The position numbers and the translations under genes are program-made. The notes beneath the pieces are model-generated. The model saw only the letters and a program-made list of their open reading frames with translations. It was not told the DNA's origin and did no database searches. Shown here piece by piece: positions 24,762-37,814 of a stretch of 64,000 nucleotides of DNA (position 1 is the stretch's first letter; the number at the start of each line of letters is the position of its first letter). Source of the stretch: Laetmonice hystrix (taxonomy: Eukaryota); contig OZ249438.1 in NCBI GenBank assembly GCA_965235115.1, positions 37,448,001-37,512,000 on the forward strand, read 5' to 3'.

Positions 24762-25494
24762 TGGTCTGTCATATTGGCCTCCTGTCCCGGTCTAGGTCTG
24801 TCATATTGGCCTCCTGTCCCGGTCCTGGTCTGTCATATTGGCCTCCTGTCCCGGTCCTGGTCTGTCATATTGGCCTCCTGTCCCGGTCCTGGTCTGTCAT
24901 AGTGGCCTCCTGTCCCGGTCCAGGTCTGTCATATTGGCCTCCTGTCCCGGTCCTGGTCTGTCATATTGGCCTCCTGTCCCGGTCCTGGTCTGTCATATTG
25001 GTCTTCTGTCCCGGTCCAGGTCTGTCATATTGGCCTCCTGTCCCGGTCCTGGTCTGTCATATTGGCCTCCTGTCCCGGTCCTGGTCTGTCATAGTGGCCT
25101 CCTGTCCCGGTCCAGGTCTGTCATATTGGCCTCCTGTCCCGGTCCTGGTCTGTCATATTGGCCTCCTGTCCCGGTCCTGGTCTGTCATATTGGCCTCCTG
25201 TCCCGGTCCTGGTCTGTCATATTGGCCTCCTGTCCCGGTCCTGGTCTGTCATAGTGGCCTCCTGTCCCGGTCCAGGTCTGTCATATTGGCCTCCTGTCCC
25301 GGTCCAGGTCTGTCATATTGGCCTCCTGTCCCGGTCCTGGTCTGTCATATTGGCCTCCTGTCCCGGTCCTGGTCTGTCATAGTGGCCTCCTGTCCCGGTC
25401 CAGGTCTGTCATATTGGCCTCCTGTCCCCGGTCCTGGTCTGTCATATTGGCCTCCTGTCCCGGTCCATGTCTGTCATATTGGCCTCCTGTCCCG
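24760..25494. repeat. Minisatellite, 32-bp unit
   Basis: ~23 copies of CCTGGTCTGTCATATTGGCCTCCTGTCCCGGT. Confidence 0.96.
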
Positions 25495-25711
25495 TCCAGT
25501 TGCCACAGTGGATTCCGTGCCTGAGAATCCGGTCCAGTTCTTGCAGTGGATTCCGCGCCTGAGAATGGCAAGAGGAAAATGACCAAATTGATAGCAGTTT
25601 TTGGGGTGTGGTTGAGTATCTGACGTGTAACAGCAGTACATCTGTGCACGCATGGCTACAGGAATGACAGCGTGGCCCCTACACTGTCCCCACGCCCTCT
25701 CTGACCCCACG

Positions 25712-25742
<31 letters not shown>

Positions 25743-25750
25743 TCTCTCTC
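25712..25750. repeat. (CT)n microsatellite
   Basis: Near-perfect CT run. Confidence 0.9.
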
Positions 25751-27713
25751 AACTCCAACACGCACCCAATATTTGTTTCGTTCACGTCTCAATACTTGAG
25801 TTGTTGCCCATGTTTCTATATCGCTGATTGTAATACACGATAAAAACTCCGCAAAGTGAGATGCGACCTTAATATGCACATGTTTTTCCCCACTATTTTC
25901 TCGTTGATCAAAAGTCTTGGATTTTTCGCCTGGTGCCAAATTTAGACGGTGCTGCCACCTTATGACAAGTCCATAAACTAATAGGTGCAATGTATTGGGT
26001 CATTTCAAGACTGTTGGTGAATTAATCTGTTATGATATTAAATTTACAGCAACTATAATTATTCTGCTATTATAATGATAAAATAGCATCATATTGATGT
26101 ACAGTATTAAAGAATCGTTTTTTTTATTTTAAGTATTCATGTAAAATTTTAACAAATTAAAAGATGATGATCTTTATGTGTGGCATATGAGAGAATAACA
26201 CTCCAATGAACATTACGGGTATAAACTAGTTAATATGTGGTACTATTACATGCTCCATCATCGTGTGAGACATGATGACGTGTCAGTGTCGGCTCTCTCT
26301 ATCTCTATCTCTATCTCTATATCTATCTCGCTATCTCTGTCTCGCACTCTCTATCTCTCTCTCTCACACACACCCACATACACCCCCGCACACACCGCCA
26401 CAGACACACACCTGTTACTGAGTGACCATTGATATCCTGGAAGAGGTTCTCACAGGTACAGCGCAGCCCCAAACAAAATTGGCCGTTACCGTACGCAGTT
26501 ACCTGATGATTACCCTGCTCAGGTAGGCATTAATAGTCAATCTCCAGCAGGAGTACATGAGGAACGGTATCGGTATCACGTAAGGACCAGTAATTTGGTC
26601 ACAAAGAAAGGCTGCCTGTCAGGCTTTTACCTCCAGTAGATCTCCATCAGTCACAGCTATTGTCACAGGCACTATTCATTCCAGGACAATGAATTTAACG
26701 TGCTTCCTTAACAATGCTCTCTGATCAACTAGTGCACGCCTCTGGTGTGATTCTATTTATACCTGATGGAATTATTTACCACCGGGTGTGTAATAATAAG
26801 AGTAACTGGGGGATTCTAGTAGTGAAACTCACAATAGAATCACGCTCCAGATTCATAGCGTCTTCTTTGTTCAGAAATAGTTTCTAAACAAAGTAATTGT
26901 TGTACATTTTTAAGATAGAATTTATGTGTCTGATGCCAGTCACCTGGTATTCTCTTTGTGACACGGCGTGGAGAGCACCCACGGGAACCCTGAAATCATT
27001 TATCTCTATCATGTATCTCTTCAACATCTTTAGAAGTTTTGGATTTAATGGAAATTAAATGTCTTCATAATAAATTTTGCAAACTACTCTACTCGTTGGG
27101 ATCGTTAAGAGAGTACCAGAGGTAATTTCCTGAGAATCATGGGAAATGAAAGAATGGAAAGTGGATGACTTGCCCTGAAGGGAGCCTTTGTGTGAATTCT
27201 GATTCTAGGTGAGAAGGAGAACACAAAGAAAATGTAAAAAAAAGAGGAAGAAGGGGAACAATAGCTTGTATTGTGCGTTAGAACATAGCCGAGCATCGAG
27301 CGAGCGCTTAATGTCGTTGATCCTAGCTGCCGTCAGGTGGCGCGGTAGTCGGCCGATGACCCCGGCAAGCGTTGGGATGACCTTGGAGTGAACACATGCA
27401 GATTGCACCGTTGGAGTTGCGCACACAACAAAACCTTGGCGCCGTCAGATTATTGCCAACAAAGTGTTGAATAATTCAGTGTTGGCTTTCGTTGATGGAC
27501 CCCCCTGAGGTCTTGGTGAATGGACGACTTGCACTCGTATAGACCCTGGCATTGTCTGTCCGCATACCGTGAGCTGTCTAACACACTGGACTGACGTGTG
27601 AATGTTATAATACACGTGAGCAACTTTGTGTGCTATTTCACGGAGCTAATAACAGACAGTATTATTTATACGAAAACTTTCACGGAAGATACTATCTCAA
27701 GAAGGGACTGACA

Positions 27714-28496
27714 AAATCTGCAATATTGGTACAGGACAAAGGCTACCAGTCTGACTGATTTAGGAAACCACGAAATCTGCAATATTCGTACCCACCAGTC
27801 TGACTGATTTAGGAAACCACGAAATCTGCCATATTCGTACCCACCAGTCTAACTGATTTAGGAAACCACGAAATCTGCAATATTCGTACCCACCAGTCTA
27901 ACTGATTTAGGAAACCACGAAATCTGCAATATTCGTACCCACCAGTCTAACTGATTTAGGAAACCACGAAATCTGCCATATTCGTACCCACCAGTCTAAC
28001 TGATTTAGGAAACCACGAAATCTGCAATATTCGTACCCACCAGTCTAACTGATTTAAGAAACCACGAAATCTGCCATATTCGTACCCACCAGTCTAACTG
28101 ATTTAGGAAACCACGAAATCTGCCATATTCGTACCCACCAGTCTAACTGATTTAGGAAACCACGAAATCTGCAATATCCGTACCCACCAGTCTAACTGAT
28201 TTAAGAAACCACGAAATCTGCAATATTCGTACAGGGCAAAGGCTACCAGTCTGACTGATTTAGGAAACCACGAAATCTGCAATATTCGTACAGGGCAAAG
28301 GCTACCAGTCTGACTGATTTAGGAAACCACAAAATCTGCAATATTCGTACAGGGCAAAGGCTACCAGTCTAACTGATTTAGGAAACCACGAAATCTGCAA
28401 TATTCGTACCCACCAGTCTGACTGATTTAGGAAACCACGAAATCTGCAATATTCGTACAGGGCAAAGGCTACCAGTCTAACTGATTTAAGAAACCG
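27714..28496. repeat. Minisatellite, 49/58-bp unit variants
   Basis: ~15 copies of ACCAGTCT(G/A)ACTGATTTAGGAAACCACGAAATCTGCAATATTCGTAC ending in CC or AGGGCAAAGGCT. Confidence 0.95.
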
Positions 28497-29112
28497 GAGT
28501 ACGAGGACAAACAAATACAATTTGGAGCTAGTATCTGACAAAGTTTCTCAAATGAGCACGAAAGGAGTAAAAGAGAGAGAGTGTATATGCCCTGTGATGA
28601 CGAGTCGGTGACTGGGAGCAGTCAGCCTCGATCTGCGGCTCTTTCTTTCTCTATAGTCATGTGTAGTCAAATTGTAATTTCCGTAAGTGAGGATACATGG
28701 AGCCTGGCCGTGGCGCTTTCCGTGTCGGTCGATTGGATGGGACCTTCCACCAGAAAGCACCCCCCCCCCCCCCACACACACACCCCACACACACCCTACC
28801 TGGCGTGGCTGAGTGACTGGCCGACGGCAGCGCTCCCTGGTGACTGTCGCGACAAGTCACCGTGAACGCTAATCATAGATGGCGGAACGACCCTGGGAAA
28901 CATCGACACGGGCGTCCTGGTCGTCATAAACTGGCGGTTTATATGTCACCCGGGGCAACCGGGCCGGATACCCGGAGCAGACAGTCACAGACTCAAGGCA
29001 TCAGTGACCGGATAACCGAGACAGGGCCGGATAACATGACACTCGTGTCGGGAATTTCCTAGGGGTATGGGGGCCCAGCCTGACATCTTATAATGTAATG
29101 AAGGCTCAGAAA

Positions 29113-30253
29113 CACCGCACTCTTTCCTCTCCGCACCCCCTCCCTCTCCACACACCCCGTCTCCGCACCCCTCCCTCTCCACACCCCTCCCTATCCACAC
29201 CTCCCTCTCCACACCCCCGTCTCCGCCCCCTCCCTCTCCGCACCCCTCCCTCTCCACACCCCCCGTCTCCGCACCCCTCCCTCTCCACACCCCTCCCTCT
29301 CCACACCCCTCTGTCTCCACACCCCTCCCTCTCCGCACCCCTCCCTCTCCACACCACTCTGTCTCCACACCCCTCCCTCTCCACACCCCTCCCTCTCCGC
29401 ACCCCCTCCCTCTCCGCACCCCTCCCTCTCCACACCCCCCGTCTCCGCACCCCTCCCTCTCCACACCCCTCCCTCTCCACACCCCCGTCTCCGCACCCCC
29501 TCCCTCTCCACACCCCTCCCTCTCCACACCCTCGTCTCCGCACCCCTCCCTCTCCACACCCCCGTCTCCACACCCCTCCCTCTCCACACCCCTCTCTCTC
29601 CACACCCCTCCCTCCACACCCCCGTCTCCGCACCCCTCCTCTCCACACCCCTCCCTCTCCACACCCCTCCCTCTCCACACCCCTCCCTCTCCGCACCCCC
29701 TCCCTCTCCGCACCCCTCCCTCTCCGCACCCCCTCCCTCTCCACACCCCTCCCTCTCTGCACCCCTCCCTCTCTGCACCCCTCCCTCTCCGCACCCCTCG
29801 CTCTCCACACCCCTCCCTCTCCACACCCCTCCCTCTCCACACCCCTCCCTCTCCGCACCCCTCCCTCTCCGCACCCCCTCCCTCTCTGCACCCCTCCCTC
29901 TCTGCACCCCTCCCTCTCCGCACCCCTCCCTCTCCACACCCCTCCCTATCCACACCCCTCCCTCTCCGCACCCCTCCCTCTCTGCACCCCTCCCTCTCCG
30001 CACCCCCTCCCTCTCCACACCCCTCCCTCTCTGCACCCCTCCCTCTCCGCACCCCTCCCTCTCCACACCCCTCCCTCTCCACACCCCTCCCTCTCCACAC
30101 CCCTCCCTATCCACACCCCCGTCTCCGCACCCCTCCCTCTCCACACCCCTCCCTCTCCGGACCCCTTCCTCTCCGCACCCCTTTGAGGGAGGGGTGCGGA
30201 GACAGGGGTGCGGGGAGGGAGGGGTGCGGAGAGGGAGGGGGTGCGGAGAGGGA
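29113..30253. repeat. C-rich 16-17 bp minisatellite with an inverted terminal segment
   Basis: C(A/G)CACCCCTCCCTCTC repeated to ~30182, then reverse-complement copies at 30185-30253. Confidence 0.93.
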
Positions 30254-30535
30254 CTTATTGTTGCCGAAGGTGTGCTCTACACCACAACAACACAACGTTC
30301 AAACGACTGGCGACAAACGGTAGCATTCGTCGTGTTGGCGTGCACTCGGGCTAGTTATTGTACTCTTTCCACCAGGGATAATTTCACAACAGTCTACTCA
30401 TATGATGTGTTAACAGAATCAATATGAGAAACATTGAGTGCCATTAAGTATGTCAGTGGTGAGGAGGTGAGCGTAAATTTGCCGGTTCCGGTCGATCCGG
30501 CGGGTGAGACCATCTCTTTAATTATGGAAGAGTAA

Positions 30536-30613
30536 CCATTCTCTTGATGACACTGACACTACCATTCTCTTGATGACACTGACACTACCATTCTCTTGAT
30601 GACACTGACACTG
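30536..30613. repeat. 26-bp unit x3
   Basis: ACCATTCTCTTGATGACACTGACACT x3. Confidence 0.9.
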
Positions 30614-31450
30614 GTCGACTGATATTATAAGTAGAAACACTGAGGTCGTAGTATGTGATAGTTTCGTTGTTGGTGCAAATAGTAGACACCCCTTCCCTAA
30701 TAGAGCAAAGACATGCATGTCTGGATCGCGATAAATTGGATTTTTTTCTGGTACCCGTTTGTTTGACGGAGAAGATAATCCTCGGAGGCTTTTATCGAAT
30801 GCAGGATATAATTATGTCGGCAAACTTAATCTAATTCTTGGCATAAGTCGAACAGTTTGTGGGTCTCTTGTGGAAATTGTCGGTCGATGGGTGCGGCAAC
30901 AAGGTGCATGGGGTGGGTGGCGTTGTGTAGGGTTGTGTTGGTTGGGGTTGTGTTGGGTTGTGTCGCCCGGCTACCTCCCCCTCCCCCTACCCCAACCTAC
31001 CCCTCCCCAGCCACCGCTGTCCCCGGGCGGTAGGTAGTGCCGGGCCGGTTGTAAGAAGGCTGTTGTCGACCGGTCAGGACCGGGTCGACTCGTCCATGTC
31101 CTGAGCTGTCAGTTCAAGCTGACACCAAATACCCCAGACAGTCAGCTTTCAATGTCACCGCTAGTCTCCAGACCGTACAGACCCGGCACCCCCACCCACC
31201 CCACCACACCTCACCACACCCCACCCCTTGCACACACCACACCCTCTGACATCCCGCCCGAGGCTGGCGGCAAGGTGAACTCGTTAGTGGGCACATTGTG
31301 GCCGGTTATGAAGTGTTCACGGAGGGATTCCACACAGACCCAAGGATCGAGGGACTGAGCTGTGTGAGAGGGTCGGGAGATGACCGGTTTCAGGGGTGTC
31401 GACTTCACAGTCTTCTGGCTTGTGTTGTTTTGGAGTGGTCAGATGTTGGC

Positions 31451-32641
31451 GGACTACTGTCGGTCTGCCTGGTGTTTTTAGAATGATCGTGTTGGAGTGT
31501 ACTGATCTTGTAGGACCACTGTCGGTCTGCCTGGTGTTTTTAGAATGATCGTGTTGGAGTGTACTGATCTTGTAGGACCACTGTCGGTCTGCCTGGTGTT
31601 TTTAGAATGATCGTGTTGGAGTGTACTGATCGTGTAGGACCACTGTCGGTCTGCCTGGTGTTTTTGGAATCATCGTGTTGGAGTGTACTGATCTTGTAGA
31701 ACCACTGTCGGTCTGCCTGGTGTTTTTGGAATCATCGTGTTGGAGTGTACTGATCTTGTAGAACCACTGTCGGTCTGCCTGGTGTTTTTAGAATGATCGT
31801 GTTGGAGTGTACTGATCTTGTAGGACCACTGTCGGTCTGCCTGGTGTTTTTGGAATCATCGTGTTGGAGTGTACTGATCTTGTAGGACCACTGTCGGTCT
31901 GCCTGGTGTTTTTAGAATGATCGTGTTGGAGTGTACTGATCTTGTAGGACCACTGTCGGTCTGCCTGGTGTTTTTAGAATGATCGTGTTGGAGTGTACTG
32001 ATCGTGTAGGACCACTGTCGGTCTGCCTGGTGTTTTTGGAATCATCGTGTTGGAGTGTACTGATCTTGTAGAACCACTGTCGGTCTGCCTGGTGTTTTTG
32101 GAATCATCGTGTTGGAGTGTACTGATCTTGTAGAACCACTGTCGGTCTGCCTGGTGTTTTTAGAATGATCGTGTTGGAGTGTACTGATCTTGTAGGACCA
32201 CTGTCGGTCTGCCTGGTGTTTTTGGAATCATCGTGTTGGAGTGTACTGATCTTGTAGGACCACTGTCGGTCTGCCTGGTGTTTTTAGAATGATCGTGTTG
32301 GAGTGTACTGATCTTGTAGGACCACTGTCGGTCTGCCTGGTGTTTTTAGAATGATCGTGTTGGAGTGTACTGATCTTGTAGGACCACTGTCGGTCTGCCT
32401 GGTGTTTTTAGAATGATCGTGTTGGAGTGTACTGATCTTGTAGAACCACTGTCGGTCTGCCTGGTGTTTTTGGAATCATCGTGTTGGAGTGTACTGATCT
32501 TGTAGGACCACTGTCGGTCTGCCTGGTGTTTTTAGAATGATCGTGTTGAGTGTACTGATCGTGTAGGACCACTGTCGGTCTGCCTGGTGTTTTTAGAATG
32601 ATCGTGTTGGAGTGTACTGATCGTGTAAGGCCACTGTCGGG
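31451..32641. repeat. Minisatellite, 62-bp unit
   Basis: 19 copies of GGACCACTGTCGGTCTGCCTGGTGTTTTTAGAATGATCGTGTTGGAGTGTACTGATCTTGTA. Confidence 0.97.
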
Positions 32642-33160
32642 TAGGACAGGGTAGGGTTTGGAATGGTCTGCCCTTGTAAGGCCTATGTTGTTTTGGAGTG
32701 GCCTGATTTTATTTATTTTTTTTTTTTAAATTTATTTATTTTGAGGTCTGATTTTGCCAGGCCACTGTTGGTGGACCCACATATACAACAACAACCGCTG
32801 GAAATCATGATGTGTAACACATGGGCCACGTAGGTTTGAAACCAAGGAATTAAAGATAACAATGGTTCTGGTTTGTACTTGGACCGTTTGTTTCCGGTGA
32901 TATTGCACCCATTGCCCGGAGATGGACAGACAGATATCACCTGGTACGGAAACTGATCACAACATTTCCAGGTGTATTGATTACAGGTGTGTGGAGAACG
33001 CCACTGGTACACGAACAGGGCGGACCCACTCTCCCACACCCAGTCAAGGTCACCTTTCTGTGTGAAGATTACCGACAGCGGTCGGACTTACTGTGAAACA
33101 GCATGGAGAGTAATCAGGAGCATTAGATGGCAGACGATAATTGGGAGGGGTACTCTGGAG

Positions 33161-33164
<4 letters not shown>

Positions 33165-33200
<36 letters not shown>
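33165..33200. repeat. (AG)n microsatellite
   Basis: Perfect AG run. Confidence 0.9.
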
Positions 33201-33202
<2 letters not shown>

Positions 33203-33525
33203 GGTGTTTGTGTTGTTACAAAGTGGTGTGAGCACCCCCTGACGGAGAGTTCGGTCTCAGCTGCCGGCGGTGTATGTCTGACACTGGCTCAGTGCTGCCA
33301 CCTATTGACACTATCGGGTGGTCGCACACCTGCCCTGTCTGTGGCTGTGAGTAGTTTGTTTGCAGGTCACATCCCCTTCCATCCCCAGTGGTGGTTTAAA
33401 GGTTCAGAAAAAGAATGTAACGGCGAAATTGCCCCCTGCCAGTCTGTATCAGCTTTACCAATTATCGGTATCCTGGAGTTCAAAAAGTCGCAAATAATGA
33501 CAACAACAAAATTAAAACGCGTACC

Positions 33526-33626
33526 AATGGCATATCAACAATAATGGCATATCAACACCAATGGCATATCAACACCAATGGCATATCAACACCAATGGCA
33601 TATCAACACCAATGGCATATCAACAC
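33526..33626. repeat. Minisatellite, 17-bp unit
   Basis: ~6 copies of CAATGGCATATCAACAC. Confidence 0.92.
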
Positions 33627-33676
33627 ACAGGAATGAATGTAGGCAATGATGTGACAGGTCATCGTATTGCCACGTA

Positions 33677-34752
33677 TACGTATTAACGTATGAACCTGTA
33701 CACCGGAATCTGACCCGTGCTGACAGAATGAACTGTACGTACGTGCTGACAAACGTAACGTATTAACCTGTACACCGGAATCTGACCCGTGCTGACAGAA
33801 TGAACTGTACGTGCTGACAGACGTTACGTATTAACCTGTACACCGGAATCTGACCCGTGCTGACAGAATGAACTGTACGTGCTGACAAACGTAACGTATT
33901 AACGTATGAACCTGGACACCGGAATCTGACCCGTGCTGACAGAATGAACTGTACGTGCTGACAAAGGTTACGTATGAACCTGTACACCGGAATCTGACCC
34001 GTGCTGACAGAATGAACTGTCCGTGCTGACAGACGTTACGTATGAACCTGTACACCGGAATCTGACCCGTGCTGACAGAATGAACTGTCCGTGCTGACAG
34101 ACGTTACGTATGAACCTGTACACCGGAATCTGACCCGTGCTGACAGAATGAACTGTCCGTGCTGACAGACGTTACGTATTAACGTATTAACCTGTACACC
34201 GGAATCTGACCCGTGCTGACAGAATGAACTGTCCGTGCTGACAGACGTTACGTATGAACCTGGACCGGAATCTGACCCGTGCTGACAGAATGAACTGTCC
34301 GTGCTGACAAACGTAACGTATTAACGTATGAACCTGTACACCGGAATCTGACCCGTGCTGACGGAATGAACTGTACGTGCTGACAGACGTTACGTATGAA
34401 CCTGTACACCGGAATCTGACCCGTGCTGACAGAATGAACTGTACGTGCTGACAAACGTAACGTATTAACGTATGAACCTGTACACCGGAATCTGACCCGT
34501 GCTGACAGAATGAACTGTCCGTGCTGACAAACGTTACGTATTAACGTATTAACCTGTACACCGGAATCTGACCCGTGCTGACAGAATGAACTGTACGTGC
34601 TGACAAATGTTACGTATTAACGTATGAACCTGTACACCGGAATCTGACCTGTGCTGACAGAATGAACTGTACGTGCTGACAGACGTTACGTATGAACCTG
34701 TACACCGGAATCTGACCCGTGCTGACAGAATGAACTGTACGTGCTGACAAAC
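33677..34752. repeat. Minisatellite, ~64-80 bp unit
   Basis: ~15 copies of AACCTGTACACCGGAATCTGACCCGTGCTGACAGAATGAACTGTACGTGCTGACA plus variable ACGT-rich linkers; internal CGTGCTGACA duplication. Confidence 0.95.
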
Positions 34753-35383
34753 GGAACCGTTGGCAATGTTACACGGCCATATTATACCTGGTCAGGTCAT
34801 TTTGTACTGTTTGACAGACTCGATTTACGAGTATAAACCCGTGTTGTGTTGGCAGTGCGCCTCCTTACGTTACGTATGTCGGTCAAAGGTAGGCAGAACA
34901 CGCCTGTTGTATAACTACCCTGACATTAGAACCATTGCACCGGCTACAATTACAAATACTGACAGGCGCAAGATGGGTCTCATTACATCTTGCAGTATTT
35001 ATATAATCTGAAATACATTTAAACTTTTAGTGTTATCTGGCTCGATTTTAAAAATACGCCGTCAACACCACATAAAATCTGAACAAATGAAAAAGGGGAA
35101 ACATCCGAGCTTAAATTGACTGAGCAGTGAGCTGGTTGTATGGTAGGTGGCAGCACCCATCCTTCAGCAGGTGGCAGCAGTCGGAAACTGATTGCTGCAG
35201 TCTATGATGACTGCAGCCCCAGCTATCACTCGGACACATTGTGCGGGGCCCTGCATGATGAAGCGATCATATGTCCCACCTAGATGACAGTTTTAATCAA
35301 GAGACAGTCGCAGAGAACCACGAGACCCTTCTTTGGTTCATAATCCAGAGGTGAAATCGTGGGATCGGTGTACTGAGTCTCAA

Positions 35384-35790
35384 GCAGCTGGCAGGGTGGG
35401 GGCGGCAGCGTACAGCTGGCAGGGGTGGGGGAGGGGGCGGCAGCGTACAGCTGGCAGGGGGGGGGGGTCAGCGTACAGCTGCCAGGGGTGGGGGGCAGCG
35501 TACAGCTGCCAGGGAGCGGCAGTGTACAGCTGGCAGAGGTGTGTGTGTGTGTGTGTGGGGGGGGGGGCAGCGTACAGCTGCCAGGGGTGGGTGGGCAGCG
35601 TACAGCTGGCAGGGGGTGGCAGCGTGCAGCTGGCAGGGGTGGGGGGAGCGTACAGCTGGCAGGGGTGGGGGCAGCGTACAGATGGCAGGGGTGGGGGCAG
35701 CGTACAGATGGCAGGGGGCGGCAGCGTACAACTGGCAGGGAGCGGCAGTGTACAGCTGGCAGAGGTGGCGGGGGGGGGGGGGCGGCAGCT
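35384..35790. repeat. G-rich minisatellite, ~22-25 bp unit
   Basis: ~16 diverged copies of GGCAGCGTACAG(C/A)TGGCAGGGG. Confidence 0.9.
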
Positions 35791-35809
35791 CCTGTAGACG
35801 AGCTGTCTC

Positions 35810-36132
35810 ATGACAGCCGCAGGAGAACCTGCCGTTTGGTGACAGCCGCAGGGTCTGCCGTTTGGTGACAGCCGCGGGAGAACCTGCCGTTTGGTGACAG
35901 CCGCGGGAGAACCTGCCGTTTGGTGACAGCCGCAGGAGAACCTGCCGTTTGGTGACAGCCGCAGGAGAACCTGCCGTTTGGTGACAGTCGCGGGAGAACC
36001 TGCCGTTTGGTGACAGTCGCAGGAGAACCTGCCGTTTGGTGACAGCCGCGGGAGAACCTGCCGTTTGGTGACAGCCGCGGGAGAACCTGCCGTTTGGTGA
36101 CAGCCGCGGGAGAACCTGCCGTTTGGTGACAA
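35810..36132. repeat. Minisatellite, 29-bp unit
   Basis: ~11 copies of TGACAGCCGC(A/G)GGAGAACCTGCCGTTTGG. Confidence 0.95.
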
Positions 36133-37255
36133 GGGTGACAGGGGTGTCGTGGGTGGGGGTCCTGGCCGTGGGAATGGCGCCGTGCCGACTGCATGACAGG
36201 TGCTAGGGCGGGGATGGATTTTGTCAGCACCCGCTTCATTTGGCATGCACACAATAAATTCAAATCCGGGGGCCAGCCTAATTCATTGTTAAATTAAAAA
36301 GAAAATGAAAGAATTAAAAAGGAAAGAAAAGAGAAATATTAATGTAAGTTCATAGGTTATCCCTAACCGTACGGATGAGGTCGTTACCCGTCTGAGACCG
36401 AGTACCGTTCTGAGTGATTTGTCAGAGACAAACAGTGGCGTCTGAAGGCAGTATTAGGTTGGGATCCGGACTGAAGGTCATGACAGTCCCATGCAGTTAA
36501 CAATTACTAGGGGCCACGGCCAACAGTTCCCTTTGAACAGGTAGAAAGCAATTTGTTGTATTATTCCAAACTCCTGTAATTTGTTTGTAATCAGAATCAA
36601 AAATTGATCCCCGACGGCCTCCGTCAATTACGTGGTGCGTGTGGGGTACAATGGGGGCAGACCGATGGTAATTTACGTCAATTTGAGGTAGTACACCCGC
36701 CGATAGTTTGTCATTGCGCGTGTCTTCTGAGCCTGTCAAGTTGGCGACCGTAGTTCTCATGGAAGACGACAGACGGCGCCAGTGTACTCTAGACGTCCTC
36801 CGTAATCCATGGCGCCGTGTTTGAGGCACCCCAAGTCGTAGAACTGGCAATGTAACTTGACCAATAATGCCAATGTTAGACTTCTGTATGTTTCTTATGA
36901 AATATGGACACTTACAAAGGGGTTCATCGATATAATCTAGGAAGGAGGGGGCATGATAGTCGGTCACTTCACCCTCTCTGAGCTTGCACAGACCGACTGT
37001 TGTCATAACCTGAAACATTTTCATACAAAGGAACCTCCAACTGGAATACATGTGGATCCATTAAATGACCTTTTATTTAACACCAACCCACATTGAGGAA
37101 AACAAAAGTTCGTTTAATATTTACGGGCGAGACATGTACCATAGGCCGCATTGTCTTGCCTTGTCTGGAGGTCAAATATTTAAACTGGAAGAAACTATTA
37201 GTTCAACACTTACTGAATCAATTTGTGGGTAGTTCAACACTGAATCAAGCTAAAA

Positions 37256-37814
37256 CAGGCTGTGCATAGTAAAACACTTACTGAGTCAGGCTGTCCATAG
37301 TAAAACACTTACTGAGTCAGGCTGTCCATAGTAAAGCACTTACTGAGTCAGGCTGCCCATAGTAAAACACTTACTGAGTCAGGCTGTCCATAGTAAAACC
37401 CTTACTGAGTCAGGCTGTCCATAGTAAAACACTTACTGAGTCAGGCTGTCCATAGTAAAACACTTACTGAGTCAGGCTGTCCATAGTAAAACACTTACTG
37501 AGTCAGGCTGTCCATAGTAAAACACTTACTGAGTCAGGCTGTCCATAGTAAAACCCTTACTGAATTAAGCAGTCTATAGTCCGTAGTAAATTACTTACTG
37601 AATCAGTCTGTCCATAGTAAAACACATACTGGATCAGGCTGTCCATAGTAAAACACTTTCTGAATGAAGCTGTCCGTAGTAAAAGACTTACTGAATCAGG
37701 CTGTCCGTAGTAAAAGACTTACTGAATCAGGCTGTCCGTAGTAAAACACTTACTGAATCAGGCTGTCCGTAGTAAAAGACTTACTGAATCAAGGTGTCCA
37801 TAGTAAAACACTGA
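37256..37814. repeat. Minisatellite, 31-bp unit containing TGAGTCA
   Basis: ~18 copies of AGTAAAACACTTACTGAGTCAGGCTGTCCAT; the 3' copies are diverged (TGAATCA). Confidence 0.94.

Noticed and set aside
36690-36843. Minus-strand kringle-like string CLKHGAMDYGGRLEYTGAVC
   Set aside because: In-frame stops follow immediately, the cysteine spacing is not kringle-like, and there is no donor site.
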